Of a DNA stretch of 64,000 nucleotides, positions 60,977 through 64,000 are shown piece by piece. Location of the stretch: the NCBI GenBank assembly GCA_026004395.1, contig BPJB01000001.1, positions 263,343-327,342 on the forward strand, given 5' to 3'. The stretch is from Patescibacteria group bacterium (GTDB lineage Bacteria > Patescibacteriota > Microgenomatia > Levybacterales > UBA12049). Position numbers and translations under genes: made by a program. Position 1 is the stretch's first letter. Each line of letters starts with the position of its first letter. Under the pieces are notes generated by a model that saw only the letters and a list, made by a program, of their open reading frames with translations, ran no database searches and had not been told where the DNA came from.

Positions 60977-62620
60977 ATGTATTTCAAGAATCGCCAAGAA
61001 GCAGGAAAACTGCTGGCACAAAAGTTAAAAAAATATAAAGGAAAAAATGTCGTTGTTTATGCTCTTCCCCGAGGAGGAGTCGTAACGGCTGTGGAGATAG
61101 CAAAGTACCTTAATGCTCCACTAGATCTTATTATCACTAGGAAAATTGGACACCCCTACAATCCGGAGTATGCGATTGCTGCAGTAGCTGAAAATGGCGA
61201 CCTCATCGGTTCAGAAAGAGAGCTTGAGTTGGTTGATAAAGAATGGCTGAGAAAAGAGATTGAGCATCAAAGATTGGAAGTAAAACGCAGGAGAGAAAAA
61301 TATCTTGCAGGAAGAGAAGAGATAACTGCTGAGGGCAAAACTGCAATTCTTGTTGATGATGGAGTTGCAACAGGACTTACCCTGCGTGCAGGTATTAGGG
61401 AGCTTTTACAGCGACATCCACAAAAAATTGTTGTTGCTGTTCCTGTTATTCCTATTTCTACAGCAGAGATCATTAAAAAAGAAGCAGAAGAGCTAGTAGC
61501 TCTTACTATTCCATCAGATAATGAGTTCTTAGGTTCAGTCGGAGCATACTATGAGGACTTCTCACCAGTAGAAGATGAAGAGGTGATAAAAATACTCAAA
61601 GCATATGATAGACAAAGAAAGGAAAAAGCAAAACAGATTTCATCGCCAATAGTAGCTGAGCAGATTGATCCGATACTTTTTTCTTTTTCTACTCATAAAT
61701 ATATGGTTGAAAAATTAAAGGAAATACCTAATCTTAGTATTGGGAAATTTGATCTAGAACGTTTTCCCAATAGAGAACTACATCTTATACTACATACTCA
61801 TGTGGCAGAGAGAGAGTGTATAGTTCTTGGATCTATTGCACCAGCCGAGGAGAATCTTGTTTCTTTTCTTCTTTTATGTCATACACTAAAAAAAGAAGAT
61901 GCTCATAATATAACTGCAGTGCTTCCTTATCTTGCTTACTCACGTCAAGATAAGAAAGAATACCAACGAAGCTATGCTACAGCATTGATAGGTGACTTGC
62001 TTAAGGCTTCAGGAGTAGATCAAGTTATTACTGTTGATGTTCATAGTTTGCATATAAAACAACTTTATCCAATTCCTCTGATCTCACTCTCACCAGCCAA
62101 AATTTTGGCAGAAGAAGTGCGAAAACTGAACATCAAAGATATAACAATTGTTGCTCCCGATGAAGGTGCAATCAAGCGTGCAGAGGCAGTCAGGAGAGAG
62201 GCAGGGATTAAAAATGAACTTGCATATGTAATCAAAAAACGAACGGCAAATGGTCTAAAGCTGTTAGAACTTCATGGAAAACTCAGTAAGACTGTGGCCA
62301 TCGTTGATGATATTTTGGATACTGGGAAAACTCTTCTTGCCTGCTGTAAAAAACTCCAAGAAAAAGGAGTACAAAACATTTATATTATGGTAACTCATGG
62401 CCTTTTTAGTGGAAAAGAATGGGAAGAACTCTGGAATTATGGAGTAAAACGAATTTATTGTACAGATACACTTCCATTGCCACGACAGGTATCTTCAAAA
62501 AATATTACTGTTCTCTCGATTATCCCCCTTCTCGTTGAAGAATTAAAAGAGGAATATGCAGGAGTATTTACTATTGAAAAAAAAGATAGATATAGTTTTT
62601 TTGATTATGACGAACCATGA
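60977..62620 (+). CDS. Phosphoribosyltransferase fused to ribose-phosphate pyrophosphokinase
   Basis: N-term F.NR.EAG..LA, LPRGG, RKIG.P, VDDGVATG; C-term FPN.E, PYLAYSRQDK, DVHS, APDEGA, VDDILDTGKT, THGLFS, TDT. Confidence 0.85.
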   Translation: MYFKNRQEAGKLLAQKLKKYKGKNVVVYALPRGGVVTAVEIAKYLNAPLDLIITRKIGHPYNPEYAIAAVAENGDLIGSERELELVDKEWLRKEIEHQRLEVKRRREKYLAGREEITAEGKTAILVDDGVATGLTLRAGIRELLQRHPQKIVVAVPVIPISTAEIIKKEAEELVALTIPSDNEFLGSVGAYYEDFSPVEDEEVIKILKAYDRQRKEKAKQISSPIVAEQIDPILFSFSTHKYMVEKLKEIPNLSIGKFDLERFPNRELHLILHTHVAERECIVLGSIAPAEENLVSFLLLCHTLKKEDAHNITAVLPYLAYSRQDKKEYQRSYATALIGDLLKASGVDQVITVDVHSLHIKQLYPIPLISLSPAKILAEEVRKLNIKDITIVAPDEGAIKRAEAVRREAGIKNELAYVIKKRTANGLKLLELHGKLSKTVAIVDDILDTGKTLLACCKKLQEKGVQNIYIMVTHGLFSGKEWEELWNYGVKRIYCTDTLPLPRQVSSKNITVLSIIPLLVEELKEEYAGVFTIEKKDRYSFFDYDEP

Positions 62621-63252
62621 ATGAAATAAAAAAATTAATACAACTACCAGTCAACAATGAAACACTTGAAGGTATGCTAGTAATTCCGTCTCAGGCTAAA
62701 GGCATGGTGCTCTTTGCACATGGAAGCGGAAGCAGTAGATTATCACCACGTAATAATTTTGTTGCAGCAGTTTTACAGAGAGCAGGCATAGGAACATTAT
62801 TAATAGATTTACTCACAGAAGATGAAGACAAGGTTTATGAAACTCGCTTTGATATCGATCTTTTAACCAGGAGGCTGATTGATATTATTAATTGGCTTCA
62901 AAAACAACCAGAAACAAAAGACTTAACCATAGGTATCTTTGGTGCAAGTACAGGTGCTGCAGCTGCTCTTATGGCTGCCGCTCATTTAAAAAACAACATT
63001 CGTGCTCTTGTTTCACGAGGAGGAAGACCAGATTTAGCAATGGAAGTTCTTGAAAAAGTAGTATCTCCAACATTACTTATAGTAGGAGGAAATGATTATG
63101 GTGTTATCGAGCTTAATGAGCGTGCATATAAACGTCTTCAGTGTGAGAAAAAATTAGAGATAATACCAGGCGCAACACATCTTTTTGAAGAGAAAGGAGC
63201 ATTAGAAAAAGTCGCAAAACTTGCCGCTAAATGGTTTGGTAGGTATTTATGA
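62617..63252 (+). CDS. Alpha/beta hydrolase (dienelactone hydrolase-like)
   Basis: FAHGSGSSRLSPRN, GASTG nucleophile elbow, SRGGRPDLA, PGATHLFEE. Confidence 0.88.
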   Translation: MNEIKKLIQLPVNNETLEGMLVIPSQAKGMVLFAHGSGSSRLSPRNNFVAAVLQRAGIGTLLIDLLTEDEDKVYETRFDIDLLTRRLIDIINWLQKQPETKDLTIGIFGASTGAAAALMAAAHLKNNIRALVSRGGRPDLAMEVLEKVVSPTLLIVGGNDYGVIELNERAYKRLQCEKKLEIIPGATHLFEEKGALEKVAKLAAKWFGRYL

Positions 63253-64000
63253 CAGCCAAGAAATTAAAAATAGCTATGATTGCTCCAATTACAGAACGTG
63301 TCCCTCCAAAAAAATATGGAGGGATTGAGCGCGTAGTTCATGCCCTAACAGAAGAACTAGTTAGGAGAGGTCACTCTGTAACCCTTTTTGCAACGGGTGA
63401 TAGTATTACTTCAGCAAAACTTGAATATGTTTATCCTCGTGCTCTAAGGGAAGCAAAAATAAAAGAATTACATGGATTTCATGAATGGACTATTTATCAC
63501 ATCCTTTCAGCTTATATGCAACAGCAAAAGTTCGATATCATTCATGATCACAATAGTCTTTGGGGATTGCTTCCAGCACAGTTTGCAAAGACACCAACGG
63601 TGATAACACTTCATGGTCCGATTACTCCTAACAATCGCAGATTGTATGAGAAAGTTACTACTCCATATCTTGTAGCAATCTCTAAGTCCCAATCTCAACA
63701 CGTTCCAAGTATTAAAATTACAGATACCATATATAATGGGCTTCCTTTAGAGAACCATCCCTTTGGTAAAACACATAAAGGATATTTGCTTTTTGTAGGT
63801 AGAATATCTATGGAAAAGGGAACACATTATGCGATTGACGTAGCCTCCGATCTTCATCTTCCACTTATTATTGCAGCTAAGCTAGATGAAGTGGACAGAG
63901 AGTATTTTAAGGAATACATTGAGCCAAGAATTAATGGTGAGCAAATAAGATGGATTGGAGAGGTAGATGAGGTAGAGCGTAATAAATTGATGAGTGGTGC
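63249..64000 (+). CDS. GT4 family glycosyltransferase (partial, runs off window)
   Basis: MTAKKLKIAMIAP..ERVPPKKYGGIERVV..L.EELV.RGH.VTLFA.GDS...LLFVGRISMEKG; open to window end. Confidence 0.88.
   Translation, partial: MTAKKLKIAMIAPITERVPPKKYGGIERVVHALTEELVRRGHSVTLFATGDSITSAKLEYVYPRALREAKIKELHGFHEWTIYHILSAYMQQQKFDIIHDHNSLWGLLPAQFAKTPTVITLHGPITPNNRRLYEKVTTPYLVAISKSQSQHVPSIKITDTIYNGLPLENHPFGKTHKGYLLFVGRISMEKGTHYAIDVASDLHLPLIIAAKLDEVDREYFKEYIEPRINGEQIRWIGEVDEVERNKLMSG

Overview
This is a low-GC, gene-dense bacterial window. Gene content and orphan families suggest Patescibacteria/CPR, probably Microgenomates (inference). 0-8 kb: prfB, ftsEX plus a coiled-coil hydrolase whose M23 peptidase domain is circularly permuted, tsaE-tsaC-mini tsaB, and Pro/Thr-rich surface proteins. 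8-24 kb: a glycan locus with CDP-, GDP- and UDP-sugar pathways and GT2, GtrA and GT-C transferases, interrupted by an orphan HD-domain gene. 24-36 kb: an orphan coiled-coil operon, then sufCBDS-phosphatase-sufU-ferredoxin-yjjX, a Cys-free endonuclease III and a 2-oxoacid:ferredoxin oxidoreductase. 36-53 kb: housekeeping genes (secDF, cca, recJ, aspS, DD-carboxypeptidase, gltX, dgkA, tRNA-Gln) with orphans inserted, including a single-ring Clp ATPase. 53.4-64 kb is the most interesting part: an accessory region after tRNA-Gln. A Crp/Fnr regulator has mirrored tandem CRP-type boxes at two promoters. One promoter drives an HPF/RaiA-like hibernation domain fused to protein-L-isoaspartate methyltransferase, followed by a GGQ-less, Balon-like aeRF1 homologue. 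The other drives Hsp20, YjbQ, a PRTase-PRPP synthetase fusion, a hydrolase and a GT4. This looks like a candidate ribosome 'hibernate-and-repair' dormancy regulon paralleling mycobacterial DosR members. About six conserved genes carry frameshifts, probably assembly errors, so the fusions need read-level confirmation. All family calls come from motif recognition by eye; no searches were run.
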